A stretch of DNA of 64,000 nt from assembly GCA_028534125.1 (NCBI GenBank), contig CM052816.1, positions 69,318,001 to 69,382,000 on the forward strand, given 5' to 3'. This document shows, in pieces, positions 40,818-53,335 of the stretch. The position numbers were made by a program, and so were the translations under genes. The stretch is from Lama glama (taxonomy: Eukaryota). How positions within the stretch are numbered: the stretch's first letter is position 1; each line of letters opens with the position of its first letter. The notes beneath the pieces were generated by a model. That model was not told where the DNA came from. It ran no database searches and was given only the letters and a program-made list of their open reading frames with translations.

Positions 40818-41983
40818 TGTAGAAACTCCCAGTCACTGAGCTTACTGTCAGGGTTGTATAGTCATCTGCCTCCCTCTCCCTGGAGCTTCTATTCTGGGTT
40901 TCATTCCCCCTAGGGCTGCTGTCGTGTCAGTGGTCCCCCCTTCCCCCCAGCCTCAGGGACCCACTGCCACTCTATGGCTATGGCACGAGCCTGGACAAAA
41001 GTCCACCCACCCCACCCGTCTCCTTAACACCAGTGCCACGTGTAGGGGTTTCACACGTCTTTCATGATTTACCAAAACACTGAGAGAAAACAGAAGAGAA
41101 AAGTGTATGAAACATACAAACCGTCTGGCTCACAAGGAAGGGGCATCTATTCTCACCCCAACCCTCTGCCTCCAGCATGCCCAGCCTTGTCCCTTCCCTC
41201 TCTGCTCCCCATCGTCGTGGGCCAGAGTGGGTTTCTCTCAGCTTCTAGAGGGGTGGGAGGGGCTTGTGGGCTTCTCCACCTGGCCCTTCACCCTCTGCCT
41301 TTCAGCCGGCCTCCCTCCATGTAGAAGAAGCTGTGTGGGCTGCCACGCGAGAGCCACTGCTGGGCACCTCCATTCTTCAGTTATGAGGCTGAAGAAGGAG
41401 TTTAATTGGTTTCTGGTAGAAGTGCATTCACTCTCAGGTGGCCCTTGACTCCGCTCTACAAGCAAGGAGCCATCCCCACAGTGGGCCAGCTGTCTGGGAC
41501 AGGTTTGCCCCATCTTGCCAGTCCCCTATTTTGCCCTGTGTCCTAGGGCCTGATCCCTACTGGGTGCATTTCCCAGGCTCCCCTGTCAGTGAATGTCCAG
41601 CTGGACTTGGCCACAGGGGCACTGGAGGAGGACTGCAGCCTAGGAGGAAGAGACAAGCCAGAGTCTCTCCCCGCCCTTATTCTGGGGATGCTCTGGCAGC
41701 TGCTGCACCTCTTTATCGTCCAGCTTTTCTGACAGGCCCCCACAACCAGGTTCTGCAGGGGAAACTGGCCCCTGAGCTCCAGTTACCTGGCCTCTTCCCT
41801 TTGACCCTCTAGACTTGGCAAAGACGTGGCTTTCTGCTGTTGCTAATTTCTCAGTTGCTCCACTGTCCCCTTTTTGACTTTTCAGCTTTTTCTGTCACCT
41901 ACGTAACACATTTCATGCATTAAATCCCCTGTTTCAAGTAGTCATGATGGTTTTTGCTTTCCTGGTGGAAAGTGGACTGATAC
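40818..41983 (+). mobile_element. ERVL-class LTR (LTR33-like)
   Basis: Ends attaaatcccctg...ggtttttgctttcctg...gactgataca, typical of this group. The 5' boundary is uncertain. Confidence 0.55.
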
Positions 41984-42789
41984 AAATATCTTAATAACAT
42001 AATCACGGCATTTATATAGGAAGGATTAAACACATGATACCATGAGCTGGGCATTTGTTAAGTTTTCTTGTCTTTAAAGACCTTTGAAAATTCTGCTACC
42101 CTTTCCTGATTTCTTTTTATGGCCAAACTTCTCAAAAGTGCACCACCAGGACCTTAGCCAACCTAAAAGATACCCTGTGCCATGGGAGGGTACAACAATG
42201 AGGAGCAGGACGTGAACCAGGTGTTCCTTTCCTGACCTGATGTAATAGTGACACAAGCTTCACATTTCAGGGTTTCAGCTCCTAAATATATATATTTTAT
42301 GTATATTTTATATATATATATAATCTCAAACTCGCCCTTCCAGCTTTGCTTGTCTTCTAGTTGGACACTTGGAAGGCAAGGATGAATGAGGGCCCATTTC
42401 AAAGGTCCTGCCCATCAGTGGCCCAGCCATTTCACAGTGGAGCAGTTCAGTTTTTGCTCGGCCGTATCCTCACAGTCACGTCATGTCCATTCTACCAAAC
42501 TGAAACCCTTGATGTCGTCTTTGGAACTAATATGATGAGCAATATAGAATTGTTCTTGAGCAGGAACATGATAGGATTAATCTTGCCTTTGTATCTCCTC
42601 ATCCAAACTCCTGTGCCTGGCTTTTCAACCCCTCCATTGACCAGCCACACCTACCTCTTGGCCTCCAATTGCAGCCTCCAAAGTTCAAACCTTCACTCTG
42701 ATCAGGCTGGTCTCTTTACGGAGTCCCTTCACAAGGAAGGGTCACCCCAGCCCCCTGTCTTGGACCGAGAAATCACAAAGCAGAATGAT

Positions 42790-42990
42790 GTGAGGGAATG
42801 GAGTCTGGGGTCACACTGCCAACATTCAAACCTGAGCTCTATCTCTTACTGATACTGAACAAATTACCACTCTCTGTGCTCTGGTATCCTCAGCTGTAAA
42901 ATGGGGGAAATAATACAGAAGTCATAGAGTCTCTGTGAGGAGTATGTGACTCAGTATGTGTAAAGTACTTAGCACTTTGCTGGCAGCTGG
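42790..42990 (+). mobile_element. MIR SINE
   Basis: ctctctgtgctctggtatcctcagctgtaaaatgggg...gtaaagtacttagcac. Confidence 0.75.
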
Positions 42991-44576
42991 GTCACATGTG
43001 ACTGGAAAATCGGGCAGCAAGGAACTACGTCACCTATTTCTCTGCCACAGCTTGGCACTAAGGAGTCATCAAATCGGAAATAACTTTCTAATTTTAACCA
43101 ACATTTTATATTTCATTCCAGTTGCACAGAAGTACACATTGCTGCAAGTTTAAGGAAAAAATGGCTCTGCAAGAGGATTCTTTTTCCACCTCCTCCCAAC
43201 CAAATTCTAAACCATTCTTTAAGAGCCAGCCTGAGTCCCCCTTCCATGGACTCTTCTCTGTTGCTTCAGCCTATATCAAACTCTCTTTGTTGGACATATT
43301 TGTATGCTAAGTCCAGACCACACAGGGTAGCACTAAATTGTTCTTAAGGGTCAGTATGTTCTGTTGGGGTCTCCAAGGTTCCCCTCAATAAATAGCTCTT
43401 TAGTTCTCAGACTGAGTTCTGAACAAATGGAGACCTAGACCAAACGGTTGACTGGCAGAGTCCAGTTATGACCTTTACTGTTGACTGAGCCAAACTGGAG
43501 GATGTACTAGAGACTGAGGGTCAAACCAGCCTTTACCTGCATTAGGAAAATGCACCTCTTCCTCATGGGCTTGTCCCCAGAGTCACCCCACTCCAACTGA
43601 GTCACTCCGCTTCTTGTGGGGATGACAGGAAGAGGAACAGCCTTGGATGTGTTTCAGGAGAAGTCCTCCCCCTGCAAACCAAGAAGTGGCGAAAGTCCCA
43701 CCCTTCTAGCAAGGTCTTCCCATGTCAACTGCAGACTCTTTGAGGGCAGGGCCCACATCTTCAGCTTGTGATGCTTGCTCTGTAATACTGAGAAGGATGG
43801 GCGCATAACAGCTGTGTGACAGTAGAAATTCCAGGGTCTGGTCTAGTCACTTTCCAGATGTGAGCCTAGTCAGTCCTGATGACAGCCCTGTGAAGCAGCT
43901 GGTACTAACACTGATGTTTTCGCGATGAGAACACTGAGGCACAGAGCTCACACAGTCAGTAAGTGGTAAACCCAGTCTGGCGTCAGAGTTCATGCTCTTA
44001 ACCACGATCTGATACTGGCCTGATTGAATTTCAAGGGCAACAGTGTTGGTAGAAATGGAGACTGTGAGAGTTCAGGAGCTGGACAGAAACAGCTTCGTTA
44101 GTATCCAGTTAAGGGAAGTTCTGTAACAACTAATGTTCAGAGACAATCGTTGGAGAAGATTCTACAACACATTTCCTTTTTTCTAAACTGCCAAAGTCTA
44201 TCAGAACTCCTGTGAAACAATCAGTTATGTACTACTACATGAACTTGGAAGAAAGTCTGTTAATTCATCCTGCTGAAATCATTTCTTTAGGTAATGCTTA
44301 GTCACGAGCGCAGAAATGAATCAAAGTAGTCACATCTGATTGAAAAAGAAAACTAGGCTCAGATTCTCTTGTTGCTCATATGATTAAACTGCAATTTGTT
44401 TTACAGTGGATAAGGAAGTTTTCCTTTATTTCATTGTTTTACAAAGTGGTGTGAAAGTTAAAATCCTGTCCAAATATTGTATTTGACCCCATGGCTTTAC
44501 ATCATACCTATTTGTGTGATTTCAGTCTGAATCCTAAAGTAAAAAATAAATATCCTTCACGTCTTTTGTCTGTTTA

Positions 44577-44590
44577 CCACTAGAGGGCAC
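44577..44590 (+). promoter_or_regulatory. Candidate CTCF site CCACTAGAGGGCAC
   Basis: Close match to the CTCF core CCASYAGRKGGCRS in apparently non-repeat intergenic DNA. Confidence 0.65.
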
Positions 44591-44814
44591 TATCTAGTCT
44601 TTTATCTGCGGAAAAACACGCCCTAAGTGCTCTGCTTTGTTTCCTCTGTTTCTTACAGAGTAAGGAGACATAAAAGACTGTTAACACTCTGTCTCAGATT
44701 TATTATCATGAGATCATCTAAAGTAGAAATAAATTTCAAGTCAAACCCACCAGTACGCGTTATTTGGTGGAGACCACCATTGATTTGGGGCCCACTGCGG
44801 GCCTAACACAAAAG

Positions 44815-44970
44815 TGCGAGATGCTTTACATACATGACCTCTGAATCCCGTATCATTACCCTCATTTTACAGATGAGGAATTCCAAGCTTAGGAAAGTCA
44901 GATAATGTCCCTAAGGTCACACAACTGCACAACAACCACTTAATTTAGGTTGTGAACCCAGATCAGGATT
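44815..44970 (-). mobile_element. MIR SINE
   Basis: ctcattttacagatgaggaa...cctaaggtcacaca core. Confidence 0.75.
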
Positions 44971-46249
44971 GAATAAAAAAGACTTTTCATGATGCCATGG
45001 ACTGATTTCCTGAGCTAGGAAGAGGCCCAGGGGGTTTCTTCCACCTGGTGGTAGGACGTTTGGCAGTTCACGTGGATGATGGTATGTTATTAGGAGTTAA
45101 AGATAAATGATAGCAGCAACTCTAGAAGTAATTTATAACTAAACAGAGTCTAGCAAAACAGCTGTCTAGATGTACTAGACCCTTGTTTTAAATTCCACAT
45201 CATCTAATTTGTCCCCACCCTGTTTGCTTGAATGTAATTAGTGGGATCATTTAAGGGGCCACATGAAACAAGACAGTTTACTCCATAAAGAAATTGTGTT
45301 TTGCCTTAGACCTGACCTCCGGCTGACCTTCATCATCTACTCTCTTTTGGGTGATCAAGATAGAAGTGTAAAGGCCTAGAAAAGGCACCATTTTTAGTTG
45401 TAGTGTCTATGGGTCTTGACAGTACAATTTCTGTTGTGAAGTGGTGCTATAATGACTCCCCATTTTTCCACAAACATGGCTGCATCTGGCAATGATGTGC
45501 GTGCTGTTTATCCCATGTGCTGAATAACGACTCCCTCGGAATTGATCAGACGTGCACTTTAGACCATCAGTGTTCATAAAAATCATTCCCAATATTGTCC
45601 TGAACCTAAACCTGTTCCCAAAGATCTTAATGAGCTTAGAATGATCATCATGCCCTTGCATTTCCTGGTCTAGGTGCTGTTTCGTAAGGTGCTTATATTA
45701 TTTTCACATGAGGAGATGGAAAATAAAATTTCAGTCCTGACCTTACCAATTCTATATAGAAAAAGACACCCCGAGTCATCCTGTATGAAACACATCCTAC
45801 TCGGAGATAAAACTACTTAAACCTTCCTCTTCAAGGATAGAAATAAAGAACACATGCTGTCAGGGAGGAAAGTTGCATACAGGACCAAGAGTGATCATTT
45901 TTGTTCTGTAATCTTCGGCTGCCAAGCCATTTCCTTAGTAATTCTGTGAAATGTAACGTCATAGAGCTAAAACATCTGAAGAAAGAAAAAGTATATGGAC
46001 ACTTAATATAATCCATACTTATTCCAAACACTCATTTCAACCAAGTTAGACATCAGGCACTTTCAACCTAGAATGTCTTCAAATAGGATCAAGTTTTTAA
46101 TTCCCCTTTCTCTTCTTGGAGCAATCTTAGAGCAGCTGTTGTTCCCAAATGAGTTTGTTAAGGTAGCTCTGTTTTTTTAAGTTATTACATTATTCTAAAG
46201 ATACATAAGCTAGTTAATTCCATTAACTAAGAGCCTCTGAAAGAGCAAT

Positions 46250-46635
46250 AGCATCTAAGAATTTTTTTTATTATTGAAATATAATTCTTTGCTGTACACC
46301 TGAAACTACCATTATAAATCAACTACACTTCAATAAAAAAAATTTTTAATGCTACTATGAAAAGAACTGAAAAAAAGAAATTGTTGACATACAATATTGT
46401 TAGTTTCAGGTGTACTACATAGTGATTTGACATTTGCATATATTACAAAACAATCACCAGAAGTCTAATAACCCTATGTCTCCACTCAAAGTTATTACAA
46501 TGTTATTAACCATATTCCTTCTGCTGTATATTATATCCCTGTGGATTATTTATTTTATAACCCCCTTCCCCTCTGGCAATCTAAAAAACAAAAACAGCTC
46601 ACACACAGACTCATAGATAAAGCATCTGGGAATTT
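46250..46635 (-). mobile_element. Short L1 3' insertion with 5' inversion and a second nested L1 tail
   Basis: 15-bp TSD agcatctaagaattt / agcatctgggaattt around L1 3'UTR sequence. See findings. Confidence 0.75.
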
Positions 46636-48055
46636 AAAGATCTGTTTGCAGGAGCACAGCCTGTGGGCAGAGCTGTTCCATCACAATCTCTGTGCAAGAA
46701 ACAGACCCAAGCGTGCATGAGAGATAGACCCAATTACGGTCTATTTTGGTCACTGACATTCCATGGCCTCAGGCCTCTCTCCAGGGCCTGAGATTCAGTC
46801 TTTCTTAGCCAAGGCAACAACAGCTGTGTTTGACAGAAGCGAGAACCAAATCTCAGCTGATCAGGTGACTCGAATTTTTCATTCTGATGAGTTGAGAAAA
46901 CAAACCAGCTCACCAATTCCTGGGGAATTCTACATCACTTTTGAAGCTTCAAGATCAATTATTGTAAGTGGAATAAGTGGAATATGAATAAGTGAATATC
47001 ATTTTAAACTCTTTTTAATTTTGAAATGATTGCAGATTCACATGCCGCTGTAAAAGAAAGTTCTCTCTGCCCTTTTCTTGTTTACCTCCAGGGGCAACAT
47101 CTTGCCGGACTCTAGTCCAATACTGCAGTCAAGACACAGAGCTGAATATGATTTCCTAGGGAAATAAAACTCCAGGAAGCAGGCCAGTGGTCTCTTTATC
47201 TAAGACCTGTCAGTGGTAGCAGGGACACTATGGGGGAAGAGAGTGGTAGTTTCTCTCTCTGAGAGAATCCTTAAAACTTAAATGGACCCGAACACTTGCA
47301 GTTATTTTAAATCATTTCTAAGAGACAGATGGTCATGAACACATCTAATTCTTGTCTCTGAGCACCTTTAACTCTGCCCTTGCAGAGCCACTGTCTGCCC
47401 TCCTCTGTTGTGCCCCTGGGGGCTGCAGGGAGCTGACTTGTATGGTTGGCACCAGCGGACTCCTGGGCCATCTGGCCCCCAGGCGGGTTTGTCAGAACCC
47501 CAGCTGGCAGGAGGAGAGTGAAGCCAGTGTGTGTTCCCTTGGTCCTGCTGAGCGTCCTCAGATCGTTGTGTCCCTCGGCTCCTGACGGAGGCTCTCTCCA
47601 CGAAGCTCCCCTCTCCAAGCACCAGCACGCCCTCCCTGCCCTCACCCCTGCTAGCCTGGTGGCCAGTGGTGCCTCATAGTCCCTGCCGGTGCCCCTCATC
47701 CAGACCACGATTCTGTCAAGAGTCCCTTCCTCAAATTGTTTGCTGTCTCTCCCCTTGAGTCTGCCATCCGTTTTCTCCCGACACTCCAACCATAACATTC
47801 AGCAGCCACCACCTTCTTCCTGTCTCTCTCCTCTTTCTTGCCTTATGGATCCTGGTCTTTCTACTCAGAGATGGAGAGGAGGTCGAGAATGAAACCCGAA
47901 CATTTAAAAGGAGAGCCGTGGTAACGAGGAGAGAATAGAATGCATGGGGGAGACTCTCAGTCTGATTCCTAGCTTGTCAGTGCCATTGTTTGTATTCCAG
48001 AAGCTTCTTTCTGGAGGCCCAGAGAAGCCAAAAACTCAGCACGTGATGGTGAATG

Positions 48056-48525
48056 CTGTGATGAGCGATCTGGATACCTCCTGAGGAATAAAGGACTGAA
48101 TCACCCAGCTGGTGAGAATATTGTCGGAAAGCAGCCTTCAGCTGACCTCCCTCCTCGGGGCGCCTCTGCTGGAGAGAAAGGCCTCACCTGAAGTCGTGCC
48201 TCCGGCGAGCGGCCCGCGCCCGTGACTGGCCGGTGAGTCAGATGTAAGGGCCTGGCCCCCTGGGCCCAACTTAGCACAACTCTTATTCCTTACCTATGGC
48301 CACGTAACAACCCCAAAGCTAGCAATTTAAAACCCTTACTATCTCACATTTCTGGGGGTCAGGAGTGCAGGAGGGCCTCAGGTTCTGTCTCAGGATTTCC
48401 CACAAGGTCACAGTCAAGCCCCCCACGAGGGCCGCAGTCCTCTGAAGGGCCTAGAGGGCCCACTTCACTATAGGCAGAAGCCTCCATCCCAGGGCCCCTC
48501 CACAGGGTGGCTCGCCACCCGGCAG
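48056..48525. mobile_element. LTR16-like fragment followed by an MLT1-like fragment
   Basis: aggaataaaggactgaatcacccagct...gcagccttcagctg (LTR16-like); gtaacaaccccaaagctagc...tctcacatttctgggggtcaggagt (MLT1 antisense). Confidence 0.55.
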
Positions 48526-48848
48526 TAACTACTGTGTCAAAATCCCCTTCTCCATGGAAAGAGGATTTCCTGCATGACTTCAGCCCAATGCTCTAACTTT
48601 TGGGTCCTCTCAGTTATTACTATGGTTACTTCCAGCTTTAAAACAATGACTTCCTATCCCCAAAATTCAGTGAGTTTGTTTCAAAGCTCTAGTTTCATTC
48701 CAATTAATGTCTCTCTTCTCTCCCACCTCCTCTCCTGACCCCTGTTGAGGAATAAGGGTGTGGGTGTGGTCTGGTCCATGCTCGCCTGTCTTCCCATCAC
48801 ACACCTGGCTGGTAATGGTCAGGGCCGAGGGGTAAGGAAGGGGGAGAC

Positions 48849-49118
48849 CCTGGTAGCACGGGTGCTGGACACAGCTCAGTGCCCCATAACTGTCCAGACA
48901 GGGACTGGCACGTCAGAGACCCACACACCTGTGAGCAGTTCTCTTGTCTGCTCCCTCCCTCAGCTTTGAGGGTGAGAGGCAGCCAGACCCACCCACCCTT
49001 GTTCTGGGGAGTGAATGGCCTTCTCCCTTTCAACCTCATATTAGGGTGTGAGGCGGTGCTGGTTCTGTTTCCCAGTTTCTCTTAGCAAGCCTTGTCGAGG
49101 ATGAATGATCCCAACAGC
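48849..49118 (+). repeat. Direct repeat, copy 1 (270 bp)
   Basis: Aligns to 49502-49773 with 11 substitutions and one 2-nt indel by manual count. Confidence 0.95.
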
Positions 49119-49501
49119 CCTTGGGGGGCCCAGCTTGTTGTCCTGGTGCTCAGTGTGGGTGGATGGAGGCTGACAACGTTGTCTGACAACGGGTTTGTTC
49201 CCAAGCAGCAACTCTAAGTGTTCAGGCTCCCTCCTGAAAGAACATTGTTCTCAACTTCAGGCCCAGCCCCTGAGCTGGCAGCCACGTGTCTCTCCCATTC
49301 CTCTTTGCCCAGTGCTGTGGCTTCCCCAGAAAAAAACAAACTTCCCAATATGATCTACTCACCACAGCCAACTTCTGTGTCTTCAGGCACATGTGGGATC
49401 CATGTTCCAAACCTCTTGGGTGTTAAGTGGGACAGTCTTGACCCTGCTCCACTTGGCTGTCCCCCATGGTACCATGTCTTCCCAGTGTCCTTTTCTGCTA
49501 T

Positions 49502-49773
49502 CCTGGTAGCAGGGGGGCTGGACACTGAGCCCAGTGCCCCATAACTGTCCAGACAGGAACTGGCACGTCAGAGACCCACACACCTGTGAGCAGTTCTCTT
49601 GTCTGCTCCCTCCCTTGGCCTTGAGGGTGAGAGGCAGCCAGACTGACCCACCCTTGTTCTGGGGAGTGAATGGCCTTCTCCCTTTCAACCTCATATTAGG
49701 GTGTGAGTCGGTGCTGGTTCTGCTTCCCAGTTTCTCTTAGCAAGCCTTGTCGAGGATGAATGATCCCAACAGC
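49502..49773 (+). repeat. Direct repeat, copy 2 (272 bp)
   Basis: See copy 1. The duplicated short ORFs in the track reflect this repeat. Confidence 0.95.
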
Positions 49774-50061
49774 TGTGATTTGCGGAATTTAGAATGTGGC
49801 GATTTAGCTCATCTGATCCTCAGCTGTGAGCTTTAGGATAGCCTTAGTCACCAATACTTAGCAGCTGTCACCCATGTTTAAAAGTAATCATCTTTGTCCC
49901 AGTCACACTCAGATCCTTGTTACCTATCTTGGTAAAAGTTATCACCATCTTCCCTATAGGGTGATCAACTGCCCTGGGATGAGGGAGCTTCAGTACTGAA
50001 AGCTCATCCGAAAGGTGAGTGAACCTACCTCCCAACTTCAATTACTCCAACCAGAACCTGT

Positions 50062-50660
50062 TGTTACCAGAGAGTAGGTTCTTGTCTCAATACAGAAGGA
50101 ATTCAGAGATGAGACACAGAGGTCAAGAAAGTAAAGTGATGATTTATTAAGTGATAAGATGCTCTCAGTGAGGGAGCAGGCAGACTCAGGTGAGCAGCTG
50201 CCCTGAGTGTCTTTGACAAGCTGGTTACATAGGGTATAAAAATGAATGGGCAGAATATTCATTTGAGAGGGAGGGGTTTGGGGTTGTATTCCCTGATTTC
50301 CATCCCAGTTCCACCTACCGGAGAGGAGGAGGGATTTTTGTCCTTATTTAGGCTGAATCAGAAGTGTCGTGGCATTAGTGCTTGATGGGTACTTCTAATC
50401 TGCAAGGCTAATTTTATTGTAAGGAGGGCATAATGAGCAAAAGGTTACATTCGGACGCTGGAGATTCCTGCCTTTTCCCACCTTTCTTTGCATCCAGAAC
50501 ACTTGTTACTCCAAAATATGTGATTTCTTATCAGTCCTGAGGTTCCCGCTTTTCTTTATCTGCCCAAGGACCCCTGTTGTTCACAAGATGTATGGTTTTT
50601 TGCCCGTTGGCCCGTGTCCCCCTTTCTCTGCTCATACCTAGCTATCTGCCTGCTCTAACA
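50062..50660 (-). mobile_element. ERV-type LTR (ERV1-like), probably solo
   Basis: Minus strand TGTTAGAGCAGGCAG...AATAAA (50148-50143)...gagacaagaacct...GGTAACA with TGTTA/TAACA termini. No primer-binding site or clean TSD seen. Confidence 0.8.
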
Positions 50661-50771
50661 TTATGAGTGGTTTAATTCCTATCTTCATGGCTCCTGCTCT
50701 GCTACTTAGTAATGTTGTTCCTCTACTGTTAACAGCCCATGTATCTGTGCCTCATTTTCCATTCTGCAACT

Positions 50772-50915
50772 ATCGTAAGCTACTGATTCTCAACCTTCAT
50801 TTCTGACTAAAATCACCTGGGATTTAAAACTACTGATGTCTGGATCCCATGCCCAGAGATTCTGATTCAAATGGTCTGGGGTGGGTCCTGGACAGTTACC
50901 GGGTGATTCTCCTGT
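50772..50915. mobile_element. MER5A-like hAT MITE
   Basis: gattctcaacc...aatcacctggg...cccagagattctgattcaaatggtctggggtggg. Confidence 0.8.
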
Positions 50916-51476
50916 ACATTCTCCCACCCCAATGTCTGCTAATCTAAATAATCTTCCTGACCCCAGCATCACCTCCTCTCATCCATCCTTCACACTGTAG
51001 CCAGTGTTATCTTTCCAAAACACAAAGATGACCCTGTCACTGTCCTACTTAAACTCCCTTCTGGGTCCCCACTGCTTTCAGGATAAAGCCTTACCTCCTC
51101 ATCATGACAGAATGGGAGCAGCGCATGGGAGACACAGCTGGAGAGGGAGGCAGGGGTCGGTTCACGCAGGACCTGGACTCTTGGGCTGAGCTACTTGCAT
51201 GGCTTCACATCCACCATGCTTCACAGAAACACTCTCTTTTCCTTGTTTAAAAACTACTCACTGAACACCTACTGAGTGCGAGGCAGTAGGGATCAGCGAT
51301 GAATGAAGCCGTCACAGTCACAGACCTCATCCCCCAGAGCTAGTAGGTTAGATCACTACAGCAACCACAGCCCAGGGAGAGTGTCTGTGGGAATATTCTC
51401 AGAGAGATTTACAAGACATAAAATAATGGTTGTCATTTACAGATACCAGGCCTTGTATTTATACCTGACCTCATAG

Positions 51477-51587
51477 AGGGTGACCAGCCATCGTAGTCTG
51501 CCCAGAATATCTCAGTCTGAGCACTAAAAGTCCCGTGTCCCAAGAAGCCCCTCAGGCCTGGGCAAACCAAGCCTGCTGGTCACCCTA
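51477..51587. mobile_element. MER81-like hAT-Blackjack MITE, inside or adjacent to a MIR
   Basis: Perfect 12-bp TIRs AGGGTGACCAGC / GCTGGTCACCCT, about 110 bp long. MIR core follows at about 51640. Confidence 0.8.
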
Positions 51588-52469
51588 CATCTTTATCTCA
51601 TTTAATCTTCAAAACAGTTGTAAGTGGTGGGCACTATAACCATCCCCATTTTACAGATGGGGAAGCTGAAGCATAGAGGAGTTAAGCAAACTGACCAAAA
51701 CACCCAGACTAGAAAGTTGCAGAGTTGGTATTCAAACCCCTGTCTGTCTACACATGTTTGCTTTCAAAGTCTACTTTCCTCATTGTTGTTTTTCACCATG
51801 AAATCACAGTCCTTAGAGGTTCAGTTATTTCTTCCTTGTCCCAGGGATAAAGTTTGTTCATGAGCTGAGTGCCATAAGAGCCTATTTAGAATTTCCTAGC
51901 AAATTAAAAAAAAAATTCCACAAGAAATTAACTGTAACTCATTTGATAGCAACAGAAAACTAAAGCCACATTGAATTCTCCAAGGCTTTGAACGTTGCTT
52001 GGAGAATTTGAGAATACTGGGCTTGGGGAGATGAAACAAGAGCACAGGGAAATTCCACCCATTGGAAGAGTGGTGCTTCAGGAGAATGGTATGTGCCTGG
52101 CAGCTGCTTTGCAGAGACTGGCAACCCCAGTATAGCATTTCACAGAGGGACTGTCCCATCCAGTCAGATCCATCCGGGTAAATGAAGAAAGAAGATATGC
52201 TTCCCTGGCCTGCCGTTTAGCCAAGACGGCTCATTTGATTTTTCTCACTAATAAACTCTGAGCTTAAATGAAATTCTGGGTTGCATCTACAGTTCAAATT
52301 GGAATATAATTTGCAATGCACTGAATTTAAGCTTTTGGGGGGAAAAGTTATTTGTGCTTATTGCATTTTATAAATCATAACCTCTTGGGATTGTTGGTCC
52401 TGAAATTTAGATTTCTTTGGAATAACCCAATAGAATAAAGATGGGACATGTTCATCGAATGAGTAAAAT

Positions 52470-53335
52470 ATTTTTGCATATGTTGAAACTTCCTTGTGAC
52501 CCTGAAGTAAATCCAACTTGATCATGGTGTGTGATCCTGTTTATGTATTGTTGGAAACCAAAATATTTGGTTTGCTAATGTTTTGCTGAGGATTTCTGCA
52601 TCTATATTCCTCAATGATATTGGCCTATAATTTTCTTTCTTTTAAAATTTTTTTTTCATTTTTGTAGCATCTGTATATTTTAGTATCAAGATAAGGCCTT
52701 CTAGAATGAATTTGGGAGTGTTCCCTCCTCTTCAATTTTTTTGAAGTTTGTGAAGGATAGGTATAAGTTCTTCTTTATTTATATGTTTAGTAGAATTCCT
52801 CTATGAAGCCATCCATTTTGTTTGCTCGGAGTTTTTTAGTTTTTGTTTTTATTACAGATTCAGTTCTACTTCTAGTGATCAATCTGTTCCAATTGTCTGT
52901 TTCTTCTTGACTCATTTTTTGCAGGCTGTGTGTTTCTAGAAATTTGCCCATTTCTTCTAGGCCGTTCAGTTTGTCGGCCTGTAACTGTTCATCGTATTCT
53001 TTTATGATTTTGGTATCTCTGCAGTGTTGGTTGTTATGTCTCCTTTCCTTTCTTATTTTGCTTATTTGGGTCCTCTCTCCTTTTTTCTTCATGAGCGTCA
53101 CTAAAAGTTTATCAGTTTTGTTTATCTTTTCAAAAAAAACCCACCTCTTGGTTTTATTGATTTTTTTCCTATTGTCTTTTAAAATCTCTATTATATTTAT
53201 TTCCTCTCCTTATTATTTGCTGACTTTGGGCTCTGTTCTTCATTTTCTAATTCTTTTAGGTAGGTTAGGTTGTTAATTTGAGACTTTTATTGCTTTTTGA
53301 GGAAGGCCTATATCGCCATGAACTTTCCTTGCTTA
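52470..53335 (-). mobile_element. L1 ORF2 fragment
   Basis: Decayed peptide KKGERTQISKIR...DKLNGLEEMGKFLETHSLQKMSQEETDNWNRLIT. Confidence 0.9.

Noticed and set aside
42361..42852. 163-aa ORF
   Set aside because: TTG start, no domain signature, runs into a MIR.
47307..47798. 163-aa minus-strand ORF and overlapping ORFs
   Set aside because: GC-rich, probably decayed LTR-like sequence; no splice or homology support.
48849..49773. Direct repeats as CRISPR array, paired LTRs or duplicated small genes
   Set aside because: Eukaryotic DNA, only two long copies, no LTR termini, and the ORFs use non-ATG starts with no protein features.
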